This document shows positions 1 to 11,273 of a stretch of 64,000 nt of DNA, piece by piece; positions within the stretch are counted from its first letter, which is position 1; the number at the start of each line of letters is the position of its first letter. The position numbers and the translations under genes were made by a program. A model generated the notes under the pieces. It saw nothing but the letters and a program-made list of their open reading frames with translations, made no database searches and was not told where the DNA came from. The DNA comes from Escherichia coli. Its GTDB lineage: Bacteria > Pseudomonadota > Gammaproteobacteria > Enterobacterales > Enterobacteriaceae. Location: NCBI RefSeq assembly GCF_003790525.1, contig NZ_CP033635.1; one strand, 5' to 3'.

Positions 1-426
1 CCCCGCACCGGTTCCTGTGCCCAGGGTGGCCCTGACAGCGTGGCTCAACAATTCTATGACTACCGCATTCAACATCGTAACAATGACATTACCGCCCTGC
101 GCCCCTATTTGAGTGACAAACTGGCAACCCTACTTAGCGATGCCAGCCGCGATAACAGTCATCGTGAATTGCTAAGCAGCGATCCGTTCTCCAGTCGAAC
201 CACCTTGCCAGACAGCGCCCACGTTGCCAGTGCATCGACTATCCCTAATCGTGATGCCCGTAACATTCCATTGCGCGTGGATCTCAAACAGGGTGACCAG
301 GGCTGGCAGGATGAAGTGTTAATGATTCAGGAAGGCCAGTGTTGGGTCATCGACGATGTGCGCTACTTAGGCGGTAGCGTTCATGCCACAGCGGGTACGC
401 TCCGTCAGTCCATCGAGAATCGCTAA
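1..426 (+). CDS. ybjP: Lipoprotein YbjP, C-terminal part; 5' end lies before the window start
   Basis: Frame 1 is open from base 1 with no stop until 426; ORF-track protein matches the C-terminus of E. coli YbjP; position upstream of artP matches K-12 synteny. Confidence 0.75.
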   Translation, partial: PRTGSCAQGGPDSVAQQFYDYRIQHRNNDITALRPYLSDKLATLLSDASRDNSHRELLSSDPFSSRTTLPDSAHVASASTIPNRDARNIPLRVDLKQGDQGWQDEVLMIQEGQCWVIDDVRYLGGSVHATAGTLRQSIENR

Positions 427-643
427 CGCCTTGATCAACCAATAAACTCCGTAAATTGTCCGGCATTTCGTGAGGAATGCCGACATTTATGCTCGCCGAC
501 CACCGCCCCCGTTATTTTGTGCTATGTTTATTGAATAATGCGCTTTGCTTTTAACTTTTAAAGCAGAAATATTGCATAATTATTCTGTCAAAGGTACTAT
601 CTTCGACCTCAATAGCTATCAGACTGCCAGTATACGAGTGTCA

Positions 644-1372
644 ATGAGTATTCAATTAAACGGCATTAATTGCTTCTACGGCGCGCATCAGGCGCTGTTC
701 GATATCACGCTGGATTGCCCACAGGGCGAAACGCTGGTGTTACTTGGCCCCAGCGGCGCGGGGAAAAGCTCGCTGCTGCGTGTACTCAATCTGCTTGAGA
801 TGCCGCGCTCCGGTACGCTCAACATTGCAGGCAACCATTTCGATTTCACCAAAACACCCTCTGACAAAGCGATTCGCGATTTGCGTCGTAACGTTGGCAT
901 GGTGTTTCAGCAATACAACCTATGGCCGCATCTGACCGTGCAGCAAAACCTGATTGAAGCGCCCTGCCGTGTACTGGGGTTGAGCAAAGATCAGGCGCTG
1001 GCCCGTGCAGAAAAACTGCTGGAACGTCTGCGTCTCAAACCTTATAGCGATCGTTACCCGCTGCATCTTTCTGGTGGTCAGCAGCAGCGTGTTGCTATTG
1101 CCCGTGCGTTGATGATGGAACCGCAGGTACTGCTGTTCGATGAACCGACCGCCGCACTGGACCCGGAAATTACGGCACAAATCGTCAGCATCATTCGTGA
1201 GTTGGCAGAAACGAATATTACCCAGGTGATCGTCACCCACGAAGTTGAAGTGGCGCGTAAAACCGCCAGCCGAGTGGTGTATATGGAAAACGGTCATATC
1301 GTAGAACAAGGCGACGCGAGCTGCTTTACCGAGCCGCAAACCGAAGCATTTAAAAACTATCTCTCTCACTAA
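644..1372 (+). CDS. artP: Arginine ABC transporter ATP-binding protein
   Basis: Walker [10 protein letters not shown], signature LSGGQQQR, Walker B LLFDEPT; start taken at internal ATG 644 (MSIQLNG) to give 242 aa; first gene of artPIQM. Confidence 0.9.
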
Positions 1373-1389
1373 TATTCGGGATAACAACA

Positions 1390-2121
1390 ATGAAAAAAGT
1401 TCTGATTGCCGCGTTAATTGCAGGTTTTAGTCTTTCCGCCACAGCTGCCGAAACTATTCGTTTTGCTACCGAAGCCTCCTATCCTCCGTTTGAATCGATT
1501 GATGCAAACAACCAGATCGTTGGTTTTGACGTCGACCTGGCACAAGCGCTGTGTAAAGAGATTGATGCAACCTGCACTTTCTCCAACCAGGCATTTGACA
1601 GCCTGATCCCAAGCCTGAAATTCCGTCGCGTGGAAGCGGTGATGGCCGGGATGGATATCACCCCAGAACGTGAAAAGCAGGTGCTGTTTACCACCCCTTA
1701 CTATGACAACTCTGCCCTGTTTGTGGGTCAGCAGGGTAAATACACCAGTGTTGATCAGCTGAAAGGCAAAAAAGTCGGCGTTCAGAACGGGACGACACAC
1801 CAGAAGTTCATTATGGATAAGCACCCGGAAATCACCACCGTTCCGTATGACAGCTACCAGAACGCAAAACTGGATCTGCAAAACGGTCGTATCGACAGCG
1901 TATTCGGTGACACCGCAGTGGTCACCGAGTGGCTGAAAGACAACCCGAAACTGGCGGCAGTGGGCGATAAAGTGACCGATAAAGATTACTTCGGTACTGG
2001 TCTCGGCATCGCGGTACGTCAGGGCAACACTGAACTGCAGCAGAAACTCAACACTGCGCTGGAAAAAGTGAAGAAAGATGGCACTTACGAAACCATCTAC
2101 AACAAATGGTTCCAGAAGTAA
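1390..2121 (+). CDS. artI: Arginine-binding periplasmic protein
   Basis: 243 aa with signal peptide; periplasmic solute-binding family; paralog of the downstream artJ. Confidence 0.9.
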   Translation: MKKVLIAALIAGFSLSATAAETIRFATEASYPPFESIDANNQIVGFDVDLAQALCKEIDATCTFSNQAFDSLIPSLKFRRVEAVMAGMDITPEREKQVLFTTPYYDNSALFVGQQGKYTSVDQLKGKKVGVQNGTTHQKFIMDKHPEITTVPYDSYQNAKLDLQNGRIDSVFGDTAVVTEWLKDNPKLAAVGDKVTDKDYFGTGLGIAVRQGNTELQQKLNTALEKVKKDGTYETIYNKWFQK

Positions 2122-2127
2122 TTCCTG

Positions 2128-2844
2128 ATGAATGAATTTTTTCCTTTAGCAAGCGCCGCCGGGATGACCGTCGGCCTTGCCGTTTGTGCATTGATTGTCG
2201 GGCTGGCGCTGGCGATGTTCTTTGCGGTATGGGAGTCGGCAAAATGGCGTCCTGTCGCGTGGGCAGGTTCAGCGCTGGTAACCATTCTGCGTGGCCTGCC
2301 AGAAATTCTGGTGGTGCTGTTTATCTATTTTGGCTCCTCGCAGCTGCTGCTGACGCTTTCGGATGGCTTCACTATCAATCTTGGGTTCGTGCAAATCCCG
2401 GTGCAGATGGACATTGAGAACTTCGACGTTAGCCCGTTCCTTTGTGGTGTCATCGCTCTGTCGCTGCTGTATGCCGCCTATGCCTCGCAAACGCTGCGCG
2501 GCGCGTTGAAAGCGGTGCCGGTGGGCCAGTGGGAATCCGGACAGGCGCTGGGGCTGTCGAAATCGGCTATCTTTTTCCGTCTGGTGATGCCGCAGATGTG
2601 GCGTCATGCGCTGCCTGGTCTCGGTAACCAGTGGCTGGTGCTGCTGAAAGATACCGCGCTGGTCAGTTTGATAAGCGTGAATGATTTAATGCTACAAACC
2701 AAAAGCATTGCTACTCGTACCCAGGAACCATTTACCTGGTACATTGTGGCGGCGGCGATTTACCTGGTGATCACCCTGCTCAGTCAGTACATTCTCAAAC
2801 GCATTGACCTGCGCGCGACACGTTTTGAGCGGAGGCCCAGCTAA
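2128..2844 (+). CDS. artQ: Arginine ABC transporter permease
   Basis: 238 aa hydrophobic permease; operon position. Confidence 0.9.
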
Positions 2845-3512
2845 TGTTTGAGTATTTACCCGAACTGATGAAAGGGCTGCACACCAGCCTGACGCTAACC
2901 GTTGCCTCGCTGATTGTGGCACTGATTCTGGCATTGATTTTTACCATCATCCTGACGCTGAAAACGCCGGTGCTAGTGTGGCTGGTACGGGGCTATATCA
3001 CGCTGTTTACCGGTACGCCGCTGCTGGTGCAGATCTTCCTGATTTATTACGGACCGGGCCAGTTCCCGACGTTGCAGGAGTATCCGGCACTGTGGCATTT
3101 GTTGTCAGAACCGTGGTTATGTGCGCTGATTGCGTTGTCGCTGAACAGTGCGGCGTACACCACGCAGCTGTTTTACGGTGCGATTCGCGCGATCCCGGAA
3201 GGTCAATGGCAGTCCTGTAGCGCCCTGGGAATGAGCAAAAAAGATACGCTGGCGATCCTGCTGCCGTACGCGTTTAAACGCTCGCTCTCTTCTTATTCCA
3301 ACGAAGTGGTGCTGGTGTTCAAAAGTACTTCTCTGGCTTACACCATTACGCTGATGGAAGTGATGGGATACAGCCAGTTGTTGTACGGACGCACCTACGA
3401 TGTCATGGTGTTCGGTGCGGCAGGGATTATTTACCTGATTGTTAACGGTCTGCTGACGCTGATGATGCGTCTGATCGAGCGTAAAGCACTGGCGTTTGAG
3501 CGAAGGAATTAA
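2844..3512 (+). CDS. artM: Arginine ABC transporter permease
   Basis: 222 aa permease; start overlaps the artQ stop (ATGA-type coupling). Confidence 0.9.
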   Translation: MFEYLPELMKGLHTSLTLTVASLIVALILALIFTIILTLKTPVLVWLVRGYITLFTGTPLLVQIFLIYYGPGQFPTLQEYPALWHLLSEPWLCALIALSLNSAAYTTQLFYGAIRAIPEGQWQSCSALGMSKKDTLAILLPYAFKRSLSSYSNEVVLVFKSTSLAYTITLMEVMGYSQLLYGRTYDVMVFGAAGIIYLIVNGLLTLMMRLIERKALAFERRN

Positions 3513-3523
3513 TTTGGCTGCGT

Positions 3524-3564
3524 GCTGATGCCGGATGCGGCGTGGACGCCTTATCCGGCCTACA
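3524..3564. repeat. REP (repetitive extragenic palindromic) element
   Basis: gctgatgccggatgcggcgtggacgccttatccggcctaca, the characteristic E. coli REP motif. Confidence 0.75.
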
Positions 3565-3588
3565 TAGTGCATAAATTCTTATAATGAA

Positions 3589-3622
3589 GACGGACAACTC
3601 ACTAAGCTGTCCGTCTTTTTTT
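3589..3622 (+). terminator. Rho-independent terminator after artM
   Basis: Hairpin gacggaca...tgtccgtc followed by a run of seven T. Confidence 0.8.
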
Positions 3623-3737
3623 ATTTCATTTAAATTATTTAATCATATTTATTGCATATAAATTCACTTGATGGCATTGTTATCCCATGCCGCAGACACG
3701 GCCAAAAATCATAAGATTGACAGACGGGAGTTCCATC

Positions 3738-4469
3738 ATGAAAAAGTTAGTTCTTGCCGCTTTACTTTCATCCTGTGCATTCGGCGCTTCTGCCGCAGAG
3801 AAAATCAATTTTGGCGTTTCAGCCACCTATCCACCCTTTGAATCTATAGGTGCTAATAATGAGATTGTCGGCTTTGATATCGATCTGGCAAAAGCCTTGT
3901 GCAAACAAATGCAGGCAGAATGTACTTTTACGAATCACGCGTTCGACAGCCTGATCCCGTCACTGAAATTCAGAAAATATGACGCCGTAATCTCCGGTAT
4001 GGATATCACCCCGGAGCGTAGCAAACAGGTATCGTTTACCACGCCCTACTATGAAAACTCAGCCGTCGTGATTGCCAAAAAAAATACCTACAAAACGTTT
4101 GCCGATCTGAAAGGCAAACGTATTGGGATGGAAAACGGCACCACGCACCAGAAATATATTCAGGATCAGCACCCGGAAGTGAAAACTGTCTCCTATGACA
4201 GTTATCAGAATGCCTTTATCGATCTGAAAAATGGCCGTATTGATGGCGTATTTGGTGACACCGCAGTGGTAAACGAATGGCTGAAAACCAATCCGCAACT
4301 GGGCGTTGCGACTGAAAAAGTGACCGATCCGCAATACTTCGGCACCGGCCTGGGTATCGCTGTACGTCCGGATAACAAAGCTCTGCTGGAAAAACTGAAT
4401 AATGCGCTGGCAGCAATTAAAGCTGACGGTACATATCAGAAAATCAATGACCAGTGGTTCCCACAGTAA
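3738..4469 (+). CDS. artJ: Arginine-binding periplasmic protein
   Basis: Start refined to ATG 3738 (MKKLVLAALL, signal peptide), 243 aa; paralog of artI. Confidence 0.9.
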   Translation: MKKLVLAALLSSCAFGASAAEKINFGVSATYPPFESIGANNEIVGFDIDLAKALCKQMQAECTFTNHAFDSLIPSLKFRKYDAVISGMDITPERSKQVSFTTPYYENSAVVIAKKNTYKTFADLKGKRIGMENGTTHQKYIQDQHPEVKTVSYDSYQNAFIDLKNGRIDGVFGDTAVVNEWLKTNPQLGVATEKVTDPQYFGTGLGIAVRPDNKALLEKLNNALAAIKADGTYQKINDQWFPQ

Positions 4470-4475
4470 GATTCA

Positions 4476-4500
4476 GAAAGCCGCACCTGCGGCTTTTTTA
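4476..4500. terminator. Bidirectional rho-independent terminator between artJ and rlmC
   Basis: aaagccgcacctgcggctttttta; GC stem flanked by A-run and T-run. Confidence 0.75.
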
Positions 4501-5625
4501 TTGCTTCACCAGCAGCGTCAGCACTTCATAGTGCGCGGTGTGCGGGAACATATCAAAAAGCTGTACCCGTTCAATACGGTAACCTGGCAGTTCGCGGATA
4601 TCTTTCGCCATGGTTTGGGCGTTACAGCTGGAGTATATGATAAAACGCGGTGCCATCGTTGAGAGATAATCACACAGCGGTATACCAATGCCGCGGCGCG
4701 GCGGGTTAACCAGCACCAGCTCCGGCACTTCCCCCTGGGCGGTGGCAAACTGCGTAGAGTCCAGCGCCTGAAATTGCAAACGCGTTAAGCCCAGTTCAGC
4801 GGCTGACTGCTTCGCACAGGCAATGGCCTCTGGTGCAATTTCGATCCCGGTTAACTGAATGTCAGGCGTCGCGCAGTGTAAACCAAAGCCCCCCACGCCG
4901 CAGAAGAGATCCCACATATGGTTTACCGGTAGTTGCCGCACCCAGTCGCGCGCGGTAGCGTAAAGCTGGCTGGCGACCGCCGGATTGGTCTGGAAGAAAC
5001 TTTGCGGACGGATCCACAGCGGCACATCGTTAAAACGCTCCGCCAGCGCCTGTTGTTCGGTCAGGTAGATCTCCGTCTCCCCTTCCATAATCGCCATATG
5101 TACCGGCTGAATATTGACGGTAATAACTTTCAGCTGCGGTAATTGTTCCTGTAACCACGGCAGCGCCTTACGCAGTTGCGCCAGTTTGGTATCAGAACGC
5201 AGTACAAAACGCAGCATCATGCCGCCATCGCTCTGGCTTTCAGTCAGCAGAATGTATTTCAGTTCACCACGTTTACGCGCCACGTTGTAAGGTGTTAACC
5301 CCGCACGGGCGATGAAGGGTTTTAGCGCCGCAAAAACGGGCGCAAATGAGGCTGGATAAAGCGGGCAGTCACAAAGGTCTTCCGGTGTACCATCTCGATG
5401 CAGCATACCGAGCAGTGGTTTTTCAACACTACCACTCACCACCATTTTGGCTTTATTACGAAACCCTTGTTCCGGGCCTGACACCGGCGCACACCATTCC
5501 TCAACCGGAAAATCGGCGAGCAGATTTTTAAGATCGGCGGTTTTAGCGGAGAGTTGCTCTGGAATCGGCTGCGTTATCCACTGACAGGAACGACAGCGAC
5601 CCGCGTCGTAAAGTGCGCACTGCAT
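4498..5625 (-). CDS. rlmC: 23S rRNA m5U747 methyltransferase (RumB)
   Basis: 375 aa; N-terminal Cys cluster (C-x5-C-x2-C) and SAM-methyltransferase motifs; synteny. Confidence 0.88.
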   Translation of the reverse strand: MQCALYDAGRCRSCQWITQPIPEQLSAKTADLKNLLADFPVEEWCAPVSGPEQGFRNKAKMVVSGSVEKPLLGMLHRDGTPEDLCDCPLYPASFAPVFAALKPFIARAGLTPYNVARKRGELKYILLTESQSDGGMMLRFVLRSDTKLAQLRKALPWLQEQLPQLKVITVNIQPVHMAIMEGETEIYLTEQQALAERFNDVPLWIRPQSFFQTNPAVASQLYATARDWVRQLPVNHMWDLFCGVGGFGLHCATPDIQLTGIEIAPEAIACAKQSAAELGLTRLQFQALDSTQFATAQGEVPELVLVNPPRRGIGIPLCDYLSTMAPRFIIYSSCNAQTMAKDIRELPGYRIERVQLFDMFPHTAHYEVLTLLVKQ

Positions 5626-5665
5626 ACATTGACCTTCACATCATCAGGGGCGACGATTATACACA

Positions 5666-6154
5666 TTATTGCAACTGGAAGAACCGCCGACTGGTCGAGG
5701 GAACGAACAGCAGCATCAGGATGAGCATATCCGGCAGCTTCTGCAGTATCAGGCTATGGAAGATTTCACGTTTTGATTCACCGGGAATGCTGAACAGCTC
5801 CGGATAACCATACCCCAGCGAAGCTGCCCACAAGTAACTTGCGGCCGTGATTTGAGTCAACAGATACAGCCAGCGCGCCCAGCGACGCCCTTTCACCAGT
5901 GAAAACGCACACCAGATCTCAATAAAAACCAGCACCAGACTGCTTAAAAAGACCAGCGTTAAACTCCAGGTTTGTACGCTGCGATGAATGAACTCGCCAA
6001 TACCGCGCACGCCCAGCGTATTGAAAATCATCAGCACGTCGAGGCCACGGATCATAATAATGGCGAGCGCCGCTACCTGCACCAGCGCAGGCACATTCAG
6101 GCGAGCATGAGATGAAGATGTTTTCTTAAAAAATCCCAACGTTTCGTCTTCCAT
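5666..6154 (-). CDS. ybjO: Inner membrane protein YbjO
   Basis: 162 aa hydrophobic protein; synteny. Confidence 0.8.
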   Translation of the reverse strand: MEDETLGFFKKTSSSHARLNVPALVQVAALAIIMIRGLDVLMIFNTLGVRGIGEFIHRSVQTWSLTLVFLSSLVLVFIEIWCAFSLVKGRRWARWLYLLTQITAASYLWAASLGYGYPELFSIPGESKREIFHSLILQKLPDMLILMLLFVPSTSRRFFQLQ

Positions 6155-6213
6155 GAAAACAATGCCGCGACATGCGCGGCATTATGTAGCCAGGTTGGCA
6201 AATTTTAGTGTCT

Positions 6214-7059
6214 TCAGCCACGTCTTGCACGCTGGATATCGCGTATCCGCTGTTTTTCTGCGCGCGCCATCAGATACCAGGCGATAAATCCGACAATTCC
6301 GACCGCGCCGAGGATTAATGTTGCCAGGGCGTTGATTTCCGGATTCACCCCCATCCGCACGCTGGAAAAGACCAGCATCGGTAACGTGGTGGCTCCCGGC
6401 CCGGAAACAAAGCTGGCGATCACCAGATCATCAAGCGACAAAGTAAAAGCCAGTAACCAGCCAGAAATGATCGCGGGCATGATCATCGGTAGCGTAATGA
6501 CGAAAAACACTTTCAGCGGCGTCGCACCGAGATCCATCGCTGCTTCTTCTATCGAGCTATCCAGTTCCCGCAGACGCGACGAAATAACGACTGCCACATA
6601 AGCCGTACAGAAAGTGACATGCGCCAGCCAGATGGTGAGCATACCGCGGTCCGCAGGCCAGCCAATGGCATGAGCAAGCGCGACGAATAACAACAACAGC
6701 GACAAGCCTGTGATGACATCTGGCATCACCAGCGGCGCGGTGATCATAAAGGCAAAGCCATTTGATCCGCGAAACCTGCCAAAGCGCACCAGCACCACCG
6801 CCGCAATAGTCCCGAGGATCGCCGCCGCCGTCGCCGCACAGGCCGCAATTGTCAGGCTTAAACCAACCGCACTCATCATCGCGTCATCGCGCAATAATTC
6901 GCCATACCAGCGCGTTGACCAGCCGGCCCACACCGTCACCAGCTTCGAGCTGTTGAATGAATAGATCACCAGCATCAGCATTGGCGCGTAGAGAAAGGTG
7001 AAGCCCAGCAGCAAAATCACAATCCGCCAGGGCGAACGAACTACCGGTAAATTATTCAT
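6214..7059 (-). CDS. potI: Putrescine ABC transporter permease
   Basis: Start refined to MNNLPVV (281 aa); overlaps potH stop. Confidence 0.88.
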   Translation of the reverse strand: MNNLPVVRSPWRIVILLLGFTFLYAPMLMLVIYSFNSSKLVTVWAGWSTRWYGELLRDDAMMSAVGLSLTIAACAATAAAILGTIAAVVLVRFGRFRGSNGFAFMITAPLVMPDVITGLSLLLLFVALAHAIGWPADRGMLTIWLAHVTFCTAYVAVVISSRLRELDSSIEEAAMDLGATPLKVFFVITLPMIMPAIISGWLLAFTLSLDDLVIASFVSGPGATTLPMLVFSSVRMGVNPEINALATLILGAVGIVGFIAWYLMARAEKQRIRDIQRARRG

Positions 7060-8009
7060 CCGTGTTCTCCCACGCTTTTTTGCTGATGCTTGTGGAACCA
7101 CATTATCGGCACAATTAGCAGCAGCAACATGATGATCGCTACCGCTGAGGCCACCGGCCAGTCGCGGTTGTTAAAGAACTCCTGCCACAGCACGCGCCCG
7201 ATCATGATGCTGTCCGGGCCACCGAGCAGTTCAGGGATCACAAACTCGCCCACAGCCGGGATAAACACCAGCATCGATCCGGCAATAATCCCACCTTTAG
7301 TCAGCGGCACGATCACAGTAAAGAACGTTTTCAGTGGTCGTGCACCGAGATCCAGTGCTGCTTCCACCAGCGAATAATCAATTCGAATCAACGCGGTATA
7401 AATCGGCAGTACCATAAACGGCACGTAGGCGTAAACAATGCCGATATAAACGGCCAGATTGGTATGTAGAATGGTCAGCGGTTGATCGATAACCCCCAGC
7501 CACAGCAGAAAATTATTCAGTACGCCGTTATTTTTTAATATTCCCATCCAGGCATAAACGCGAATCAGAAACGAGGTCCACGACGGCAGGATCACCAGTA
7601 GTAATAAGATATTACGGGTCGAAGGCTTACTGTGCGCCACCGCCCACGCCAGCGGATAGCCGATCAGTAAACAGCAAATAGTCGAAATCGCCGCCACCTG
7701 TAGCGACTGGAGATAAGCATCGAAATAGAGCGGATCGTCAGTCAGTTGCAGAAAATTACCGAGATTAAGAGTGATGGAAAGTTGCCCGTCAGCCCACTCC
7801 ATCAGTTCGGTATAAGGTGGAATAGCGCGCGCCATCTCCGCCAGGCTTATTTTAAAGACAATCAGAAATGGCAGCAGAAACAGCAGGATTAGCCAGATAT
7901 ACGGCAGCGCAATCACCAGTTTGCGCCCATGCTTCATTTGCAGCTGCGACAACCACAGCTTAAATCCGCCCGGCGGTTTCGACTGGGCAGCAGGTTCAAG
8001 TGTACTCAT
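7056..8009 (-). CDS. potH: Putrescine ABC transporter permease
   Basis: 317 aa permease; potFGHI operon. Confidence 0.9.
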   Translation of the reverse strand: MSTLEPAAQSKPPGGFKLWLSQLQMKHGRKLVIALPYIWLILLFLLPFLIVFKISLAEMARAIPPYTELMEWADGQLSITLNLGNFLQLTDDPLYFDAYLQSLQVAAISTICCLLIGYPLAWAVAHSKPSTRNILLLLVILPSWTSFLIRVYAWMGILKNNGVLNNFLLWLGVIDQPLTILHTNLAVYIGIVYAYVPFMVLPIYTALIRIDYSLVEAALDLGARPLKTFFTVIVPLTKGGIIAGSMLVFIPAVGEFVIPELLGGPDSIMIGRVLWQEFFNNRDWPVASAVAIIMLLLLIVPIMWFHKHQQKSVGEHG

Positions 8010-8018
8010 CTTTGCTCC

Positions 8019-9152
8019 TTAAACCGTCAGCACCACACAGCTGTCCACTTCCCAGCACAAACGTACTTCGTCGCCCCAGGTCGGTAACCCTTTACGATGA
8101 CGATGGGCGTTTTGTAGCTGGGCGCTAATCATCTGCCCACTTTTCAGACGAACGTGATACACCGAAAGATCGCCGAGATAGGCAATGTGTATCACCTCCC
8201 CCACCGCGAAGTTACAACCATTGGCGGGCGGTTCCTCGCAAAGCATGATTTTTTCCGGGCGAAGCGCCACATGCACCGGCACGTTATCGACCACTGAAGC
8301 ATCCGCATCGACTTTCAGTGGGTGCACCAGTCCCGGCGAATAAAGCACCAGACCATCTTCCTGACGCTCTTTGAGTACACCTTCAAAGACATTAACCGAA
8401 CCGATAAATTCAGCGCTATAGCGGGTGGTCGGATGCTCATAGATCTCTTCCGGTTCGCCAATCTGGACAAATTTCCCACGATTCATAATGGCGATACGCC
8501 CCGCCATGGTCATCGCCTCTTCCTGATCGTGAGTAACCATCACGCAGGTCACACCGACGCGCTCCAGAATATCCACCACTTCAAGCTGCATCCGGTCACG
8601 CAGCTTTTTATCCAGCGCGCCCATCGGCTCATCGAGCAGTAATAGTTTCGGGCGCTTGGCAAGGCTTCGGGCCAGGGCCACACGCTGTCGCTGACCACCG
8701 GAAAGCTGATGCGGTTTGCGTTTGGCGAACTCCTGCATATGCACCAGCCCGAGCATCTCATTGACCCGGCTGGCAATTTCCGCTTTCGGTAGTTTGTCCT
8801 GTTTCAGGCCAAAAGCGATGTTCTGTTCCACGGTCATATGCGGAAACAGCGCGTAAGACTGAAACATCATATTGATGGGGCGCAGGTAAGGCGGCACCTG
8901 TGACAAATCGACGCCATCGAGCATAATCTGCCCGGCAGAAGGTTGTTCGAAACCTGCCAGCATACGCAGCAGCGTGGACTTGCCACAGCCGGATGCGCCC
9001 AGCAGCGCGAAGATTTCGCCTTTATAGATGGTCAGGCTGACATCATCGACCGCATGCTGACCATCGTAAGATTTAGTCAGATTACGGATTTCTAATAGCG
9101 GCGTCAGCGCCTTACGGGTTTTCGCCTGCGGGCGAGGGATAGCGTCATTCAC
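8019..9152 (-). CDS. potG: Putrescine ABC transporter ATP-binding protein
   Basis: Walker A GASGCGKST, LSGGQRQR signature; start assigned to GTG at 9152 (VNDAIPRPQ read as M) to give 377 aa; the ORF-track upstream extension is probably not translated. Confidence 0.85.
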   Translation of the reverse strand: MNDAIPRPQAKTRKALTPLLEIRNLTKSYDGQHAVDDVSLTIYKGEIFALLGASGCGKSTLLRMLAGFEQPSAGQIMLDGVDLSQVPPYLRPINMMFQSYALFPHMTVEQNIAFGLKQDKLPKAEIASRVNEMLGLVHMQEFAKRKPHQLSGGQRQRVALARSLAKRPKLLLLDEPMGALDKKLRDRMQLEVVDILERVGVTCVMVTHDQEEAMTMAGRIAIMNRGKFVQIGEPEEIYEHPTTRYSAEFIGSVNVFEGVLKERQEDGLVLYSPGLVHPLKVDADASVVDNVPVHVALRPEKIMLCEEPPANGCNFAVGEVIHIAYLGDLSVYHVRLKSGQMISAQLQNAHRHRKGLPTWGDEVRLCWEVDSCVVLTV

Positions 9153-9246
9153 GGCTGCTCTCCGGCATTGAATGTGTGCAAGCGCACCATAATGGTGCGA
9201 ATTGCCGGCGGGTGTGGTGCGCCCGTCCGGCATCTACGACTGCGGA

Positions 9247-10359
9247 TTATTTTCCGCTCTTCACTTTGGTCCACGCGCGGGTGCGCACACGGTCTATTTT
9301 TGGATCCTGCACTTTCAGAGTGAACAACTTCGCACGAACGTCCGCCGGAGGATAAATCCCTGGATTATCACGCACTTCCGCGCTTACCAGCGGCGTAGCT
9401 TCTTTGTTCGCGTTGGCATAGAACACATGGTCGGAAATATGCGCCACCACATCCGGGCGCAGCAGGTAATTCAGGAACTGATAGGCTTCGTCTTTATTTT
9501 TGGCATCCGCAGGCATGGCGAAGACATCAAAGAACGCCATCGCCCCTTCTTTCGGAATCGAGAACGAGACATTAACGCCATTCTTCGCTTCCTTCGCGCG
9601 GTTTGACGCCTGCCAGACATCGCCCGCCCAGCCAATAGCGACGCAGATATCGCCGTTTGCCAGGTCGTTAATGTATTGAGATGAATGGAAATAACGAATG
9701 TTCGGGCGCAGCTTTAACAGCAGATCGGTTGCCGGTCCGGTGTAATCATCTGCTTTAGTGCTGTTGGGATCTTTACCGAGATAATTCAGCACGGTAGCAA
9801 ACACTTCTTCCGGTGCATCAAGGAAAGAGACGCCGCAGCTTTTCAGTTTTTCCAGATTTTCAGGTTTGAGGATCAAGTCCCAGCTATCGACGGGCGCGTT
9901 TTCGCCCAGCACCGCTTTGACTTTATCGACGTTATAGCCAATCCCGGTTGTCGCCCACATATAGGGCATAGCAAATTTATTATCCGGGTCGTGTTTGGCA
10001 ACCAACTTCAGCAGTTCCGGGTCGAGATTCTTCCACTCCGGCAATTTGCTTTTATCCAGCGGCTGGAAAACTCCCGCAGTCAACTGGCGTTCAAGAAAGC
10101 TTGCTGACGGCACCACCAGGTCAAAGCCGGTGCTACCCGCCATTAATTTGCCTTCCAGTACTTCGTTAGAGTCGAAAACATCGTAGACGACTTTAATACC
10201 GGTTTCTTTTTCAAAATTGGCCACCGTGTCCGGGGCGATATAATCAGACCAGTTATAAATGTGGAGTGTTTTTTGTTCAGCCGCGAGCGTGCTGACAGAG
10301 ACGGCCATCAGAGCACCCGCAACCAGACCCGATAGCCATTTTTTATTTAAGGCGGTCAT
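9247..10359 (-). CDS. potF: Putrescine-binding periplasmic protein
   Basis: Start refined to MTALNKKWLSG (signal peptide), 370 aa. Confidence 0.9.
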   Translation of the reverse strand: MTALNKKWLSGLVAGALMAVSVSTLAAEQKTLHIYNWSDYIAPDTVANFEKETGIKVVYDVFDSNEVLEGKLMAGSTGFDLVVPSASFLERQLTAGVFQPLDKSKLPEWKNLDPELLKLVAKHDPDNKFAMPYMWATTGIGYNVDKVKAVLGENAPVDSWDLILKPENLEKLKSCGVSFLDAPEEVFATVLNYLGKDPNSTKADDYTGPATDLLLKLRPNIRYFHSSQYINDLANGDICVAIGWAGDVWQASNRAKEAKNGVNVSFSIPKEGAMAFFDVFAMPADAKNKDEAYQFLNYLLRPDVVAHISDHVFYANANKEATPLVSAEVRDNPGIYPPADVRAKLFTLKVQDPKIDRVRTRAWTKVKSGK

Positions 10360-10709
10360 ATCTCTTTCCTTCTGAAAGTTCGTTAACAAACGAACAAAAG
10401 TTGTCACACTGAAAGATATGCAATAAACGTGCATATTTTTTATCGGCGCGGTGTAAGAAAAGAGAACTCTCTCCCGGCCAGCACTGCTCGCTATATAAAA
10501 GCATCGCAAGAATAACTTTAGCCAGGGTTTGAGACTATAGCTCGGATTAAAAAACGGTATTTAACAAATTTTTATGCGTATTTGCTCTATGTGATAAAGC
10601 CAAATCGACACAAGAGAAGTGAAACAATCTTTAAGAAAAGATTAAAAACAGCAGATAATTTTGCAGCGCGCAGTCACTGCACCAGCGACTGCGTGCTCGA
10701 AAGGAGTTA

Positions 10710-11186
10710 TCAGTGGAGGAAATAGTTTTCAGTAACGTTGTTTTGCCCTTCATCGTCAGTCGGTAACAGCAGTTGATGGGCATTAGCTTCAAGAATGACC
10801 ATCGAAATCTGCTCTTCGCTCTGACGCACGAACCATGCAAACTGCTCATAGGTTACGCCCTGCATAACGGATAAAGACTGGCAAACCACCAGCTTTGGCA
10901 GATTATCATCCTGCATATCAAGAAATGCTTTCACGGTCAGCGAACTGGCATTGATGGCAGATAAATCCGCCGCCAGCGGCAATACGGCTGAAGGTCGGAC
11001 TTCCGCCATGGCAGAAAACAGGATCGTGTTATCGATCAGATCGATTTTGGCATCAAAGACACCGTCGAAATTCTGCATATGGGGCAGATGCAGAGCCTGA
11101 CAGTTATCACATTCAAAAAAACTCATCCCCAGGTCATCGAGCCATTGACGCAGCGTATCCAGACCAGGAACGACCAGCGATGTCAT
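10710..11186 (-). CDS. ybjN: YbjN (putative sensory transduction regulator family)
   Basis: Start refined to MTSLVVPGLD (158 aa); synteny upstream of rimK. Confidence 0.8.
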   Translation of the reverse strand: MTSLVVPGLDTLRQWLDDLGMSFFECDNCQALHLPHMQNFDGVFDAKIDLIDNTILFSAMAEVRPSAVLPLAADLSAINASSLTVKAFLDMQDDNLPKLVVCQSLSVMQGVTYEQFAWFVRQSEEQISMVILEANAHQLLLPTDDEGQNNVTENYFLH

Positions 11187-11273
11187 AATTTTGTACAACC
11201 TCTTTCGATAAAAAGACCGGCACAGCTTACGCAAAAAGCGCAGGCAAAACCATGATCAGCAATGTGATTGCGA

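Noticed and set aside
920-1390. 156-aa minus-strand ORF antisense to artP, and many similar antisense ORFs in the track (e.g. 1414-1881, 11268-11792, 26827-27306, 36136-36564, 43492-44010, 48336-48983)
   Set aside because: Each lies wholly inside a well-supported gene on the opposite strand with clear family motifs; their amino-acid composition looks like typical shadow ORFs of GC-rich coding DNA
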